DNA from: an uncultured Candidatus Rokubacteria bacterium
GTDB lineage: Bacteria; Methylomirabilota; Methylomirabilia; Rokubacteriales; DASRDR01
Assembly: GCA_963799055.1 (NCBI GenBank)
Contig: CAWCVP010000012.1
Coordinates: forward strand, 25,640 to 89,639
Direction: 5' to 3'
Length of the DNA: 64,000 nt
How positions within the stretch are numbered: position 1 is the first letter of the stretch; every line of letters begins with the position of its first letter. Under the pieces are notes generated by a model that was given only the letters and a program-made list of their open reading frames with translations, searched no databases and was not told the origin of the DNA. The translations under genes and the position numbers were made by a program. Of this stretch, positions 42,895 through 52,833 are shown piece after piece.

Positions 42895-43175
42895 CCGGCC
42901 CGGGTCTTCTTCAAGCGGGCCAGGCGGGCCTCGATCTCACGGATTGGCAGGGCGTCGATCGGCTCCCGTCGCCGGGAGCGCACCAGGGCGAGGTCCGGAT
43001 CGCCCGGGCCAACGGGCTCGGGGCCGGAGGCCTCGAAGAACGTCTTGAGGGCGCGATCGACCAGCTCCCGCGCGGCCTCGGCCCGGGAGGGCTTCCGAGT
43101 GGCGAACCGGTAGTCGTCCAGGCGATCCATCAGGCCCTTCGGCACCTTGATGTTCAGGAACGGGCCGCTGCTCAT
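42891..43175 (-). CDS. ribbon-helix-helix antitoxin
   Basis: FLNIKVP..LMDRLDDYRF..RKPSRAEAARELVDRAL; AAGGAGGA RBS; GTGA overlap with the toxin. Confidence 0.8.
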   Translation of the reverse strand: MSSGPFLNIKVPKGLMDRLDDYRFATRKPSRAEAARELVDRALKTFFEASGPEPVGPGDPDLALVRSRRREPIDALPIREIEARLARLKKTRAG

Positions 43176-43295
43176 GGGGGTGTCCTCCTTCGGCCTCCAC
43201 AGGCTATCCTGCTTGTTGGGACAATACAATCGATACTGGCGATCCTCATGGGCGGGACTGCGTGCCCCGCTCCAGTGTCTCCGCGGAGGACGGTC

Positions 43296-43328
43296 TTGAC
43301 ACGTCTCGAGAATGCATATTGTATACAA
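43296..43328 (+). promoter_or_regulatory. promoter with GntR/FadR-type operator
   Basis: TTGACA (43296-301); perfect palindrome TTGTATACAA (43319-28) over the -10 region, directly before the GntR gene. Confidence 0.75.
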
Positions 43329-43331
43329 CCC

Positions 43332-44113
43332 ATGAAGGCCGGAGCCCGCCGGCTCGCTCCCCGCGAACGCGCCGGGTTCCTCCGGGTCGTGACCCCGCGC
43401 CGCGATCGCCGGCGCGGCCGCCCCGCCGCGGCGAGGCGACCGCCGGCACGGGCCGCGCGCTCTTCCAGGAGCCCATCCGAAGGGAGACGCTCGAGGAGCT
43501 GGCCTACCGTCACCTCCGCCAGGTACTCGTCGAGGGGCGGCTCGCGCCCGGGGAGCGGATCGTGGCCAGCGCGGTGGCGCAGTCGGCCGGGGTGAGCCGG
43601 ATCCCGGTCATGCAGGCGTTGCGACGGCTCGAGAGCGAGGGCTTCGTGCGGATCAACCCGCACAAGGACGTCGTGGTGGCGGGCCTCTCGCCGGAGGAGT
43701 TCCGGGAGCGGTTCCTGCTCATGGCGGCGCTCGAGGCGCTCTGCCTCCGCGAGGCGACCGGCCGGATCACCCCGGCGCTCCTCGCTCAGCTCCGCAGCCT
43801 CCAGCGCGACATGGGCGCGGCCCGGACCGCCGGCAACACGGCGCGCGCGGTGGCGGCCGACAGCGAGTTCCACCGGAAGCTCTGGGAGGCTTCCGGCCTG
43901 AAGCAGGTGCTGCAGCTCCTGCAGAACGTCTGGGACCGGGGCGAGTACTACCGCGTGATCATGCACGCGCGGCGAGGGGGCTTCGCGGCCGAGTCGCTCG
44001 CCGAGCACGAGGAGATTCTCCGGGCCCTCGAGGCGCGCGACTGGCCCCGGGCGATCCGGGCCGTCGAGACTCACCGCTTGCGGGCGATGGAGCGACTGGC
44101 CGGCACGACGTGA
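43332..44113 (+). CDS. GntR family regulator (FadR/FCD type); start uncertain, probable 5' frameshift
   Basis: AYRHLRQVLVEGRLAPGERI...GVSRIPVMQALRRLESEG; FCD motifs DSEFH and SLAEHEEILRAL. Confidence 0.88.
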
Positions 44114-44156
44114 CCCGATAGTAACCATCCCAACAGACCCAACAGAGGAGGACGCG

Positions 44157-45444
44157 ATGGCTGAGCAGGGTGGGCGACCGAGTCGGCGGCAGATCCTCAA
44201 GGGCGGGGCGGCGTTCGGAGCGGGCGTGGGCTTCATCGGGGGCTGGCGCCGGGCCAGCGCCCAGGCGAAGAAGCCCCTGATCATCGGCCTCACCTGCGAC
44301 GCGACCGGCACCTTCGCCGACAGCGGCCAGGCGGACCGGCGGGGCATGCTGCTCGCCATCGAGGAGCAGAACGCCAAGGGCGGCGTCCTCGGCCGGCCCA
44401 TCGAGGCTCGCTGGGAGGACACCGAGACCGATCCGTCGGTGGCGGTGCGCAAGGCGCAGAAGCTCATCGAGCGGGACAAGATCGACTTCATGATCGGCGC
44501 CCTCTCGAGCGGCGTCGCCGCGCCCCTCTCGGAGCTGGCGCAGCGGTACGGGATCATCTACTTCAACTCGAACTCGAGCGCCGACACGGTCACGAACGAG
44601 AAGTGCCAGCGCGTCAACTTCGTGTGGGACGCGAACGGCTACATGTTCAACCAGGCGCTCGGGCCGATGGTCGCGAAGAACCTCGGCAAGAAGTGGTTCA
44701 TCCTGACCCACGACTACGTGTGGGGGAAGAACGTCACCGCGGGAACCCGCAACGTCATGAAGACGGTCGGCGCCGAGGAAGCCGGCGAGATCATGATCCC
44801 CCAGGGGACCCGGGACTTCAGCGCCCAGCTCCTCCGGGTCCGGAGCGCCAAGCCCGAGGTGGTCTTCGCGAACGTGGCGGGGATCGAGCAGACCGCGCTC
44901 CGGGAGCAGGCCAACGAGTTCGGCTCGGACAAGGATGCGAACTGGGTGTTCCCGCAGCAGGACTATCCCGATCTGTTCGCGCTCGGCGCGAAGAAGGCCT
45001 TCGGCTACTTCACGACGACCTGGCACTACACGCTGACCGATCCCGGCTCGCAGGAGCTTCGTCCAGCGGTTCCGGAAGCGCTGGGCCGGCGCGCCGATCG
45101 AGGTGCCCGACAACGTCTCGTACAACGGCTACATCGCGACGCGCGAGCTGTTCCGCGCGATCGAGCGGGCGGGCACGACCCGGAACCACGAGGTCATCAA
45201 GGCCCTCGAGGGGCACGTGATCACGGACACCTTCCGCAAGCACCCCTCGACCATCCGCGAGTGGGATCACCTCGTGGGCCAGATGATCTTCCTCGCCCGG
45301 GCCAAGAAAGAGAAGGACATGAAGGAGAAGTACGACCTGATCGAGCTGATCGCGGAGATGACGCCGGCCGAGGTGTCGCCGCCGCGCGATCTCTCGAAGT
45401 GCAAGATGCAGTCGCTCGCCGACACCCCGGTCTACGGCGGGTAG
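44157..45444 (+). CDS. branched-chain amino acid (LivK-type) ABC substrate-binding protein, Tat-exported; frameshift ~45065
   Basis: SRRQILK Tat motif; NAKGGVLGRPI, GALSSGV, DYVWG, DFSAQL; continues in ORF 45103. Confidence 0.9.
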
Positions 45445-45480
45445 GGGCCCGGACGACGCGGGTGGCGGAGGGCGACGGCC

Positions 45481-46036
45481 GTGAGGATCGTCGACCTCCG
45501 CCCCCGGGATCGGGCGCTTGGTTCGCCAGGTTGCACGGCTCCTCGTGGATGGCTTCCGCGAGCCGGAGCCTGACGCCTTCCCCGACCTGGCGAGTGCGCT
45601 GGTGGAAGTCCGCAAGTCGTTCGCCCCGGAGCGGCTGAGCCGGGCGGCCGTGGAGCCGCCCGGGACGGCGCTCGGGTGGATAGGCGGGATCCGCCTGTAC
45701 CGGGGCCGGACGTGGGAGCTCCATCCGCTGGTCGTCCGGCCGGATCGTCAGCGCCAGGGGATCGGCCGGGCCCTCGTGCGGGACTTCGAGCGGCAGGTGA
45801 GGCGGCGCGGCGCTTCTACGATCTTCCTCGGGACCGATGACCTCGACGGGCGGACCAGCGTCTCCGGGGTCGAGCTCTATCCCGACGTGCTCGGCCAGGC
45901 GAAGCGGATTCGCAATCTCCGCGGCCACCCCGACGAGTTCTATCAGAAGCTTGGCTACGTCGTCATCGGGCTCCTGCCGGACGCCAACGGCCCCGGTCGA
46001 CCCGACATCTTCATGGCCAAGCGGGTGGCGCGATGA
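45481..46036 (+). CDS. GNAT acetyltransferase of the aminoglycoside AAC(6')-Ia/Ii-like family; frameshift ~45518
   Basis: GWIGG..Y...WELHPLVV, RQGIG, IFLGTDD, IRNLRGHP.EFYQKLGY..GLLPDANG.GRPDIFMAK. Confidence 0.85.
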
Positions 46037-46913
46037 CGCCCGATTTGGCCGAACTGGCGACGCAGCTCCTGAACGGGGTCGTGCTGGGGCTGCTCTACGC
46101 CATCATCGCGCTCGGGTTCATGCTGATCCTGGGCACGATGGAGGTGATCAACTTCGCCCACGGCGTGCTGTTCGCCCTGGGCGGCTACTTCGCGCTCGCG
46201 CTCCAGCCCCACGTCGGCTGGTGGGGCGGCCTCCTGCTGGCGCCGCTCGGCGTGGGCCTCGTCGGGCTGGCGCTGGAGCGCGGGGTCCGGCGCACCTACG
46301 GGAAGGACCCGCTGTTCGGGCTCCTGTTCACCTTCGGCGCCGCGCTGGCGCTGGAGGAGGTGATCCGGATCATCTGGACCCCGCGGGGCTACACCATCGC
46401 CGTGCCCGAGTTCGTCGCCGGCCGATTCCAGTGGGGCTTTCTCGATCTACTCCCGGTACCGGATCCTCGTCGCGGTGCTGGCGGTCGTCCTCCTCGTTCC
46501 TGATGTGGTGGTTCATCGAGCGGACGCCGTACGGCGCCATCATGAAGGCCGGCGCCCACGACAGCGAGATGGTGCGGGCGCTCGGGATCGACCTCGGACG
46601 CATGCGGAGCCTCGTGTTCTCGCTGGGGACCGTGATGGCCGGGGTCGCCGGCGTCATCGCGGCGCCCATGTGGAGCCTCAAGCCCACCGTCGGCGCCGAG
46701 GCGGTCATGCCCGCCTTCATCGTGGTGGTCATCGGCGGGATCGGGTCGTTCTGGGGGGCCGTGGTCGGCGGCCTGCTCCTCGGCACCGTGAGCGGGCTGT
46801 CGAACCTCCTGGTCCCGCGGGGCTCGATCCTCGTGATGTACGTCCTGATGGCCCTCGTGCTGCTCTGGCGTCCCCGCGGCCTCATGGGCCAGAAGTCCGT
46901 CCTGGAGCTGTAG
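46033..46913 (+). CDS. livH: branched-chain amino acid ABC permease LivH; frameshifts ~46445-46500
   Basis: NGVVLGLLYA, VINFAHG, TPYGAIMKA, VVVIGGIGS, RPRGLMG. Confidence 0.88.
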
Positions 46914-46920
46914 CGCTCTC

Positions 46921-47949
46921 GTGCGGGCCGCGCTCGACCGCTGGGTCCCGCCGCCGATGCTGGCGATGTTCGCCCTGTTCCTGCTCCTTCCCGCCGTTCT
47001 GCCGAGGCTCGGCTACACCTATCTCGGCACCGAGGTCATGATCTGGGCGATCTTCGCGCTCGGCTACAACCTGCTGCTCGGGTACACGGGCCTCCCGGCG
47101 TTCGGTCACGGGGCGTTCTTCGGGATCGGCGGCTACCTCCTGGGGATGACGCAGAAGTGGGTCACGGGCGGGCTTGCCCTCCCGCTCGTCGCCGCCGCGC
47201 TGGGGACGCTCCTCTTCGGCGCGCTCGTGGCCCTGTTCGTCGCCCGGCGGCGGGGCATCTACTTCTCGCTCCTGACCATCGCGTTCGGCGTCATGTTCTG
47301 GTTCATGGTCTTCGTCTTCGACGCGTGGACCGGCGGGGAGGACGGGCTGACCGGCATCAACCGCCTGACGCTCCTCGGCTACTCGCTGCGGGACAACGTG
47401 CCCTTCTACTACTTCGTGTACGCGTGGTTCGTCGGGGCGACCGTCGTACTGTGGCGGATCGTCCACTCGCCGTTCGGCCAGGTCATCCGGGCGATCCGGC
47501 AGAGCGAGAGCCGCGCCCGCGCGGTCGGGTACGACACGGCGCGATACAAGTGGGCCGTCTTCACGCTCTCGTGCGCCTTCGCCGGCCTGGCCGGAGGGCT
47601 CTACGCGCTGGCACGGTTCGGCGCCTTCGCGGAGCCGATGAGCCTCGCCCAGTCTGGGAACGTCGTGCTCATGTGCCTGATCGGCGGCGGGTTCGCGAGC
47701 TTCTACGGGCCGGTGCTCGGCGTGATCGTGTTCCTCGTCCTGCGCGACGTTCTGTCGACCATGACGGACCACTGGGTGCTCGCATACGGCGTGCTGTTCA
47801 TGGCGGTGATCCTGTTCATGCCGGAGGGCATCCTCGGCATCGTCCGTCGGCTCCGCCAGCCCGCCGGATTCCACGACACGGGGGTGGCCCAGGCCGCACG
47901 CATCGACGAGCCGGTGGCGCCGGACCCCATCGGGAGGGGAGCGGGAAGC
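46921..47949 (+). CDS. livM: branched-chain amino acid ABC permease LivM (reads in frame into the LivG domain)
   Basis: NLLLGYTG..FGHGAFFG, TGGEDG, SPFGQVIRAIR, LIGG, MPEGI. Confidence 0.88.
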
Positions 47950-48757
47950 GTGACGGACGATCGGCCGGCCGCGCCGCCCGCCCTCGAGACGCGGGGCCTC
48001 CGGAAGGCCTTCGGCGGCCACGTCGTGCTGGACGGGGTCGACCTCGCCTTCGAGACGGGCCGGCTCTCGGCCTTGATCGGGCCGAACGGGGCGGGAAAGA
48101 CGACCTGCTTCAACCTCTTGACCGGGCTTCCTCGCGGCGGACGGCGGCGAGATCCGCCTGAAGGGCGCGGACGTCACCCGCCTGCCACCCCACCGCCGGG
48201 CGCGGCTGGGGATCTGCCGGTCGTTCCAGATCCTCAATCTGTTCGACGACGACACCGTGCTCGAGAACGTGAGGGTGGCGGTGCCGGCCATGCGCGCGCG
48301 GGGCTTCGACTGCTGGACTCCGGCCGGCGCCTTGAGCGAGGCCGAGGACCGCGCGGCCCGGATCGTGCGGCTGATCGGTCTCGCCGGGCGGGAGGGCGTC
48401 GCCGCCCGCTACCTCTCCTACGGCCAGCGGCGTCTGCTCGAGATCGGCGTCGCCATGGCCGGCGAGCCGGAGGTGCTCCTCCTCGACGAGCCGACGAGCG
48501 GGCTCGGGGCCCGCCCGATGGAGACCCTGCGGGAGCTCGTCCAGCAGCTGTCCCAGCGGCTCACGATCGTCGTGATCGAGCACGACATGGACTTCGTGCT
48601 GACCCTCTCGCACCACGTGGCGGTGCTGCACCGCGGCCGGGTCATCGCGGAGGGGCCTCCGGCGGCGATCCGCGACCACCCGGAGGTCCGCGAGGCATAT
48701 CTCGGGCGGCTGGGGGGCCGACCGCGGGTGCCCGGGCCTCGGGAGGGCCGCGCGTGA
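47950..48757 (+). CDS. livG: ABC ATPase LivG; frameshift ~48130
   Basis: GPNGAGKTT, RSFQ, LSYGQRRLLEI, LLLDEPTSG, IEHDM, VREAYLG. Confidence 0.88.
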
Positions 48758-49494
48758 CCGATTCGTCCGGGGTCCGGCCGGCTCTGCTCGCCGTCGAGGC
48801 GATCGACGCCTTCTACGGAGACGCACAGATCCTGCGCGGCCTCTCGCTCGAGATCCGCGCGGGCGAGGCGGTCTGTCTCCTCGGGCGCAACGGGCGCGGC
48901 AAGACGACCACGATCAAGAGCATCCTCGGCCTGGTCCCGGTCCGGCGGGGGCGGATCACCTTCGACGGGCAGGACATCACCCGGCTCCCGACCCATCTGG
49001 TCGCGCGCCGGGGGATCGCCTGGGTGCCGGACAACCGTCGCGTGTTTCCGACGCTGACCGTGGAGCGGAATCTCGCCATGGCGCTGAACCGGGCGCTCCC
49101 GCCCCGCCAGGCCGCGGAGGCGTGGACGCTCGCACGCGTCTACGAGCGCTTCGAGATCCTCGGCCGTCTCCGGCATCGGATCGGAGAGCACCTCTCGGGC
49201 GGGGAGGCGCAGCTCGTCGCGATCGCGCGCGCGCTCCTCATGCACCCGCGCCTGGTGCTGATGGACGAGCCGTCGCAGGGGCTGGCCCCGCGTATCGTCG
49301 AGGACATCATGGCGGTGATCCAGGAGATGCGGGACGAGGGGATCGCCATCCTCCTCGTCGAGCAGAACTCCTCGATGGCCCTCGGGCTCGCCGACCGCGC
49401 CTATGTCATCGACGACGGCCGCATCGTCCACACCGGTCCCGCTGCCGAGCTGGAGTCGAACTCGGCCCTGAAGCACCGCCTCCTCGCGGTCTAA
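48754..49494 (+). CDS. livF: ABC ATPase LivF
   Basis: GRNGRGKTT, LSGGEAQ, LMDEPSQGLAP, LLVEQN. Confidence 0.9.
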   Translation: MTDSSGVRPALLAVEAIDAFYGDAQILRGLSLEIRAGEAVCLLGRNGRGKTTTIKSILGLVPVRRGRITFDGQDITRLPTHLVARRGIAWVPDNRRVFPTLTVERNLAMALNRALPPRQAAEAWTLARVYERFEILGRLRHRIGEHLSGGEAQLVAIARALLMHPRLVLMDEPSQGLAPRIVEDIMAVIQEMRDEGIAILLVEQNSSMALGLADRAYVIDDGRIVHTGPAAELESNSALKHRLLAV

Positions 49495-49495
49495 G

Positions 49496-49569
49496 CGGGG
49501 TCAGGCCCTGACTTTTGCTCCCTGATGACTTCGGGAAGTCAAAGTCGGGGTCTGACCCCGAAGTTTGAC
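49496..49569. repeat. palindromic REP/MITE-like element, copy 2, between convergent genes
   Basis: CGGGGTCAGGCCCTGACTTT...GGAAGTCAAAGTCGGGGTCTGACCCCG plus flanking AAGTTTGAC. Confidence 0.85.
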
Positions 49570-49574
49570 TTTCG

Positions 49575-50834
49575 CTAGGTCAGGGGCCGGGCCGGAAGAA
49601 TAGCCAGGTGACGGCGAGCGAACAGCGGGAGGAGGATGCCGCCGCTGTACAGCATGTAGCCGAAGAAGGACGGCATCCGCACCCGGGCGGCCTCGGCGAT
49701 CGCCTTGACCATGAAGTTGGGCGCGTTGCCGATGTAGGTGTTCGCGCCCATGAAGACGGCGCCCATGCTGATCGCCGCCAGGATCGCGTGCGGTACGCCG
49801 ACGACCTCGTCGGCCAGGCCGAGGCCCTGGGCGAGGGCGAGGAAGACGAGGTAGGTCGGCGCGTTGTCGAGGAACGACGACAGAGCGCCGGTCGCCCAGA
49901 AGAACTGCCACGGCTCCCGCACGCCCAGCTCGCCCCCGCGCGTCCGGAGGAGCTCGAGCGCCGGGATCATCGTGAGGAAGATCCCGAAGAAGAGGACGGC
50001 GACCTCGATCATCGGGTGAGGCGTGAACTCGTTGGCGCGATGGACCTCCTTCGGCGTCTGCCAGAGCGAGAGCCCGGTGAGCGCCAGGATCAGCGCTTCC
50101 CGCCAAGGGGCGTGGAGGAACGCGACGCCCAGCACGACCCCCGCGAGCCACACGAAGTTGAGGGTGCCGTCGAGCCGCAGGGGGCGGCGCTCCGCCTCGT
50201 CGCGCACGACCGCGCTGGGCCGGCTCCCACCCGTACGCCACGCGAGTCCCACACGAAGTAGGCGAGCAGCAGGACGGCCACGGAGAAGAGCCACTGCGGC
50301 AGGAGCCGGAAGGTCCAGGCGAACGGCACCCCCTGGAGGTAGCCGAGGAAGAGCGGGGGGTCGCCGAGCGGGGTCAGAAGGCCGCCGACGTTCGCGACCA
50401 GGAAGATGAAGAAGATCACCGTGTGCGTGATGTGCGTCCGCTGGCGGTTGGTCTGGAGGACCGGGCGGATCAGGAGCATCGACGCGCCGGTGGTGCCGAG
50501 GAACGAGGCGAGGACGGCGCCGGTGGCCAGGAAGGTCGTGTTGACGAGCGGCGTCGCCTCGAGGTCGCCGCTCAGGCGGATGCCGCCGGCGATCACGTAG
50601 AGCGCCGTCAAGCAGGAGCATGAAGGAGAGGTACTCCTCGGCGGTCTCGAGCAGGACGTGCGGGCGCCGCACGGCGTAGAGGCCGATCACGGGGAGCCCC
50701 AGGACGCACGAGAGGAGGAGCTTGTTCCGGTTCGACTCCCACCAGTGCGGGGTCCAGAGCGGACACATGGCGATGGCGAGGAGCATCGCCGCGAACGGAA
50801 CCACCGCGTAGAGGGGCAGGGGACCGGCCAGCAC
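49575..50834 (-). CDS. sodium:proton antiporter / CitMHS-like ion transporter (IT superfamily); frameshifts
   Basis: GTTGASMLLIRP, ANVGGLLTPLGDPPLFLG, LSSFLDNAPTY, GANTYIGNAPNFMVK. Confidence 0.85.
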   Translation of the reverse strand: MLAGPLPLYAVVPFAAMLLAIAMCPLWTPHWWESNRNKLLLSCVLGLPVIGLYAVRRPHVLLETAEEYLSFMLLLDGALRDRRRHPPERRPRGDAARQHDLPGHRRRPRLVPRHHRRVDAPDPPGPPDQPPADAHHAHGDLLHLPGRERRRPSDPARRPPALPRLPPGGAVRLDLPAPAAVALLRGRPAARLLRVGLAWRTGGSRPSAVVRDEAERRPLRLDGTLNFVWLAGVVLGVAFLHAPWREALILALTGLSLWQTPKEVHRANEFTPHPMIEVAVLFFGIFLTMIPALELLRTRGGELGVREPWQFFWATGALSSFLDNAPTYLVFLALAQGLGLADEVVGVPHAILAAISMGAVFMGANTYIGNAPNFMVKAIAEAARVRMPSFFGYMLYSGGILLPLFARRHLAILPARPLT

Positions 50835-50985
50835 CGGTCCCGAGGATATGCTTCTCGCGGGCGAGCCTGCAACCGGACCGCGGCGCGGCCGGACCGTGAT
50901 GCAGCTTGCGGCGGTCGCCCAGCTGCGCTAGAGTCCGGCCAATCGTCGACATGCTCGCGGCGAGTTCCAGAGCCGAGTCCTCGTG

Positions 50986-51996
50986 ATGTCTCTCCGCTTC
51001 CTGCTGAGCCGTCTCTTCCTGGCGCTGCTCTCGCTCTGGGGCGTGAGCGTGCTCGTGTTCGCGATCCTCCGGATCTTGCCGGGCGATCCCGCGCTCCTCA
51101 TGGCCCCGGTCGGCTCGACCGCCGAGGACATCGAGCGCGTCCGGCGCGAGTTCGGCCTGACGGGATCCTGGTGGGCGCAGTACGCCGCCTTCTTCCTGAG
51201 CCTCTGCCGGGGCAACTTCGGTCGCTCGCTCTGGCTCCAGCAGGACGCGCTCCGCATCATCGTCGAGCGGCTGCCGGCGACGCTCGAGCTGGCGGTCACC
51301 GCCCTCGTCCTCGCCACGGGGGGCGGCGTCCTGCTCGGCGCCTGCTCGGTGTGGCGGCGCCGGAGCTGGCTCGAGTCGGGCGCGGTGTCGCTCGGGACGC
51401 TCGGCATCGCCGTGCCGAACTTCGTCTGGGGCCTCCTGCTCATCGTGGTCTTCGGGGCGATCCTCCAGGTCCTGCCCATCTCGGGCCGCATCGCGCCGGA
51501 GCACGAGGCGGCCGACGTGACGGGCTCGGTGCTCGTCGACGTCCTGCTGCGGCGCGATCCGGCCGCGCTGGGCTCCGCCCTCCTGCACCTCCTGCTCCCG
51601 GCGAGCGCGCTGGCGCTCCCGCTCCTGGCCGCCGTGTTCCGCACCGTGCGCTCGGATCTCCTCGGCGCGCTCCGGGAGGAGTACGTCGTCACCGAGCGGA
51701 TGAAGGGGCTGGGCGAGGCGCGGATCCTGTTCTGGCGCGCGCTGCGGAACGCGCTCATCCCGACGGCGACGCTGGTCGGCGTCCAGTTCGGCTTCCTGAT
51801 CGGCGGGACCGTCCTGATCGAGACGATCTTCGCCTGGCCCGGAATCGGGCAGCTCACGCTTCAGGCGTTCCAGTACCGCGACTTCCCCCTCATCCAGGGG
51901 ATCGTGCTCGTCTATGCGGTCACGGTCATCCTGTCCAACCTCGCGGTCGACGTGACGTACGCGTTCCTCAACCCGCGCGTCCGCCTGGCGGCGTGA
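50986..51996 (+). CDS. peptide/nickel ABC permease (DppB/OppB type)
   Basis: LPGDPA, GNFGRS, ERLPATLEL, EAA-like loop MKGL, IETIFAWPGIG, RDFPLIQG. Confidence 0.92.
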   Translation: MSLRFLLSRLFLALLSLWGVSVLVFAILRILPGDPALLMAPVGSTAEDIERVRREFGLTGSWWAQYAAFFLSLCRGNFGRSLWLQQDALRIIVERLPATLELAVTALVLATGGGVLLGACSVWRRRSWLESGAVSLGTLGIAVPNFVWGLLLIVVFGAILQVLPISGRIAPEHEAADVTGSVLVDVLLRRDPAALGSALLHLLLPASALALPLLAAVFRTVRSDLLGALREEYVVTERMKGLGEARILFWRALRNALIPTATLVGVQFGFLIGGTVLIETIFAWPGIGQLTLQAFQYRDFPLIQGIVLVYAVTVILSNLAVDVTYAFLNPRVRLAA

Positions 51997-52833
51997 GGGT
52001 GCGCGGGTTGAACGGCAAGCTCTGGCTCGGCGGCGGGATCGCGCTCCTCGTGCTGTTCCTCGCCCTGGCGGGCCCGGCGCTCGCGCCCCACGACCCGAAC
52101 CGGCAGGATCTGACCTCCGTCCGCCAGCCGCCCGTCTGGGCGGGCGGCGCCTGGCGCCATCCTCTCGGCACCGACAGCCTCGGGCCGCGACATCCTCTCG
52201 CGCCTCCTGTGGGGCGCGCGGGTGGCGCTGGTCGTCGCCGTGGCCAGCGCGGTCATCTCGGCGCTGATCGGGGTCCCGGTGGCGCTGGTCGCCGGCTACG
52301 CGCGCGGGCGGGTCGACACCGTGCTGATGCGCGTCGTGGACGTCTGGATGTCGATCCCCGCCGTGCTGCTGGCCATCGCGCTGATGGCGGTCCTGGGGCT
52401 CGGGCTCTGGAAGGTCGTGCTGGCGATCGTGATCGTGGACTGGACCCGCTTCGCCCGCGTCATCCGCGGCGAGGTCCTGGCGCTGCGTGAGCGCGAGTTC
52501 GTGGAGGCCGCCCGCGCCATCGGGCTCCGGCCGCTGCGCGTGATGGCCGAGGAGCTGCTCCCGAACCTCGTGCCCCTCATCATCGTGCTCGTGTCGCTCG
52601 AGATGGCCATCGCCGTCGGCGTGGAGGCGCTGCTGTCGTTCGTGGGGCTCGGGGTTCAGGCCGCCACGCCGTCCTGGGGCGCCATGATCGCCGAGGGGCG
52701 CGGCTATCTCATGGTCAGCTGGTGGGGCATGGGCGTGCCGATGCTGGCCCTGATCGTGGCGGTGGTGGGCTTCAACCTCCTCGGGGAAGGGTTGCGCGAG
52801 CGCCTCGACCCGCGGCTCCGGGCGACGCTGTGA
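51993..52833 (+). CDS. peptide/nickel ABC permease (DppC/OppC type); frameshift ~52183
   Basis: HPLGTD.LGRD, EFVEAARAIG, EALLSFVGLG, PSWGAMI, NLLGEGLRERLDP. Confidence 0.9.

Noticed and set aside
46921-49494. 857-aa LivM-LivG-LivF triple fusion
   Set aside because: A frameshift at ~48130 creates the apparent read-through. A LivM-LivG fusion is possible but is a common architecture or an indel artefact.
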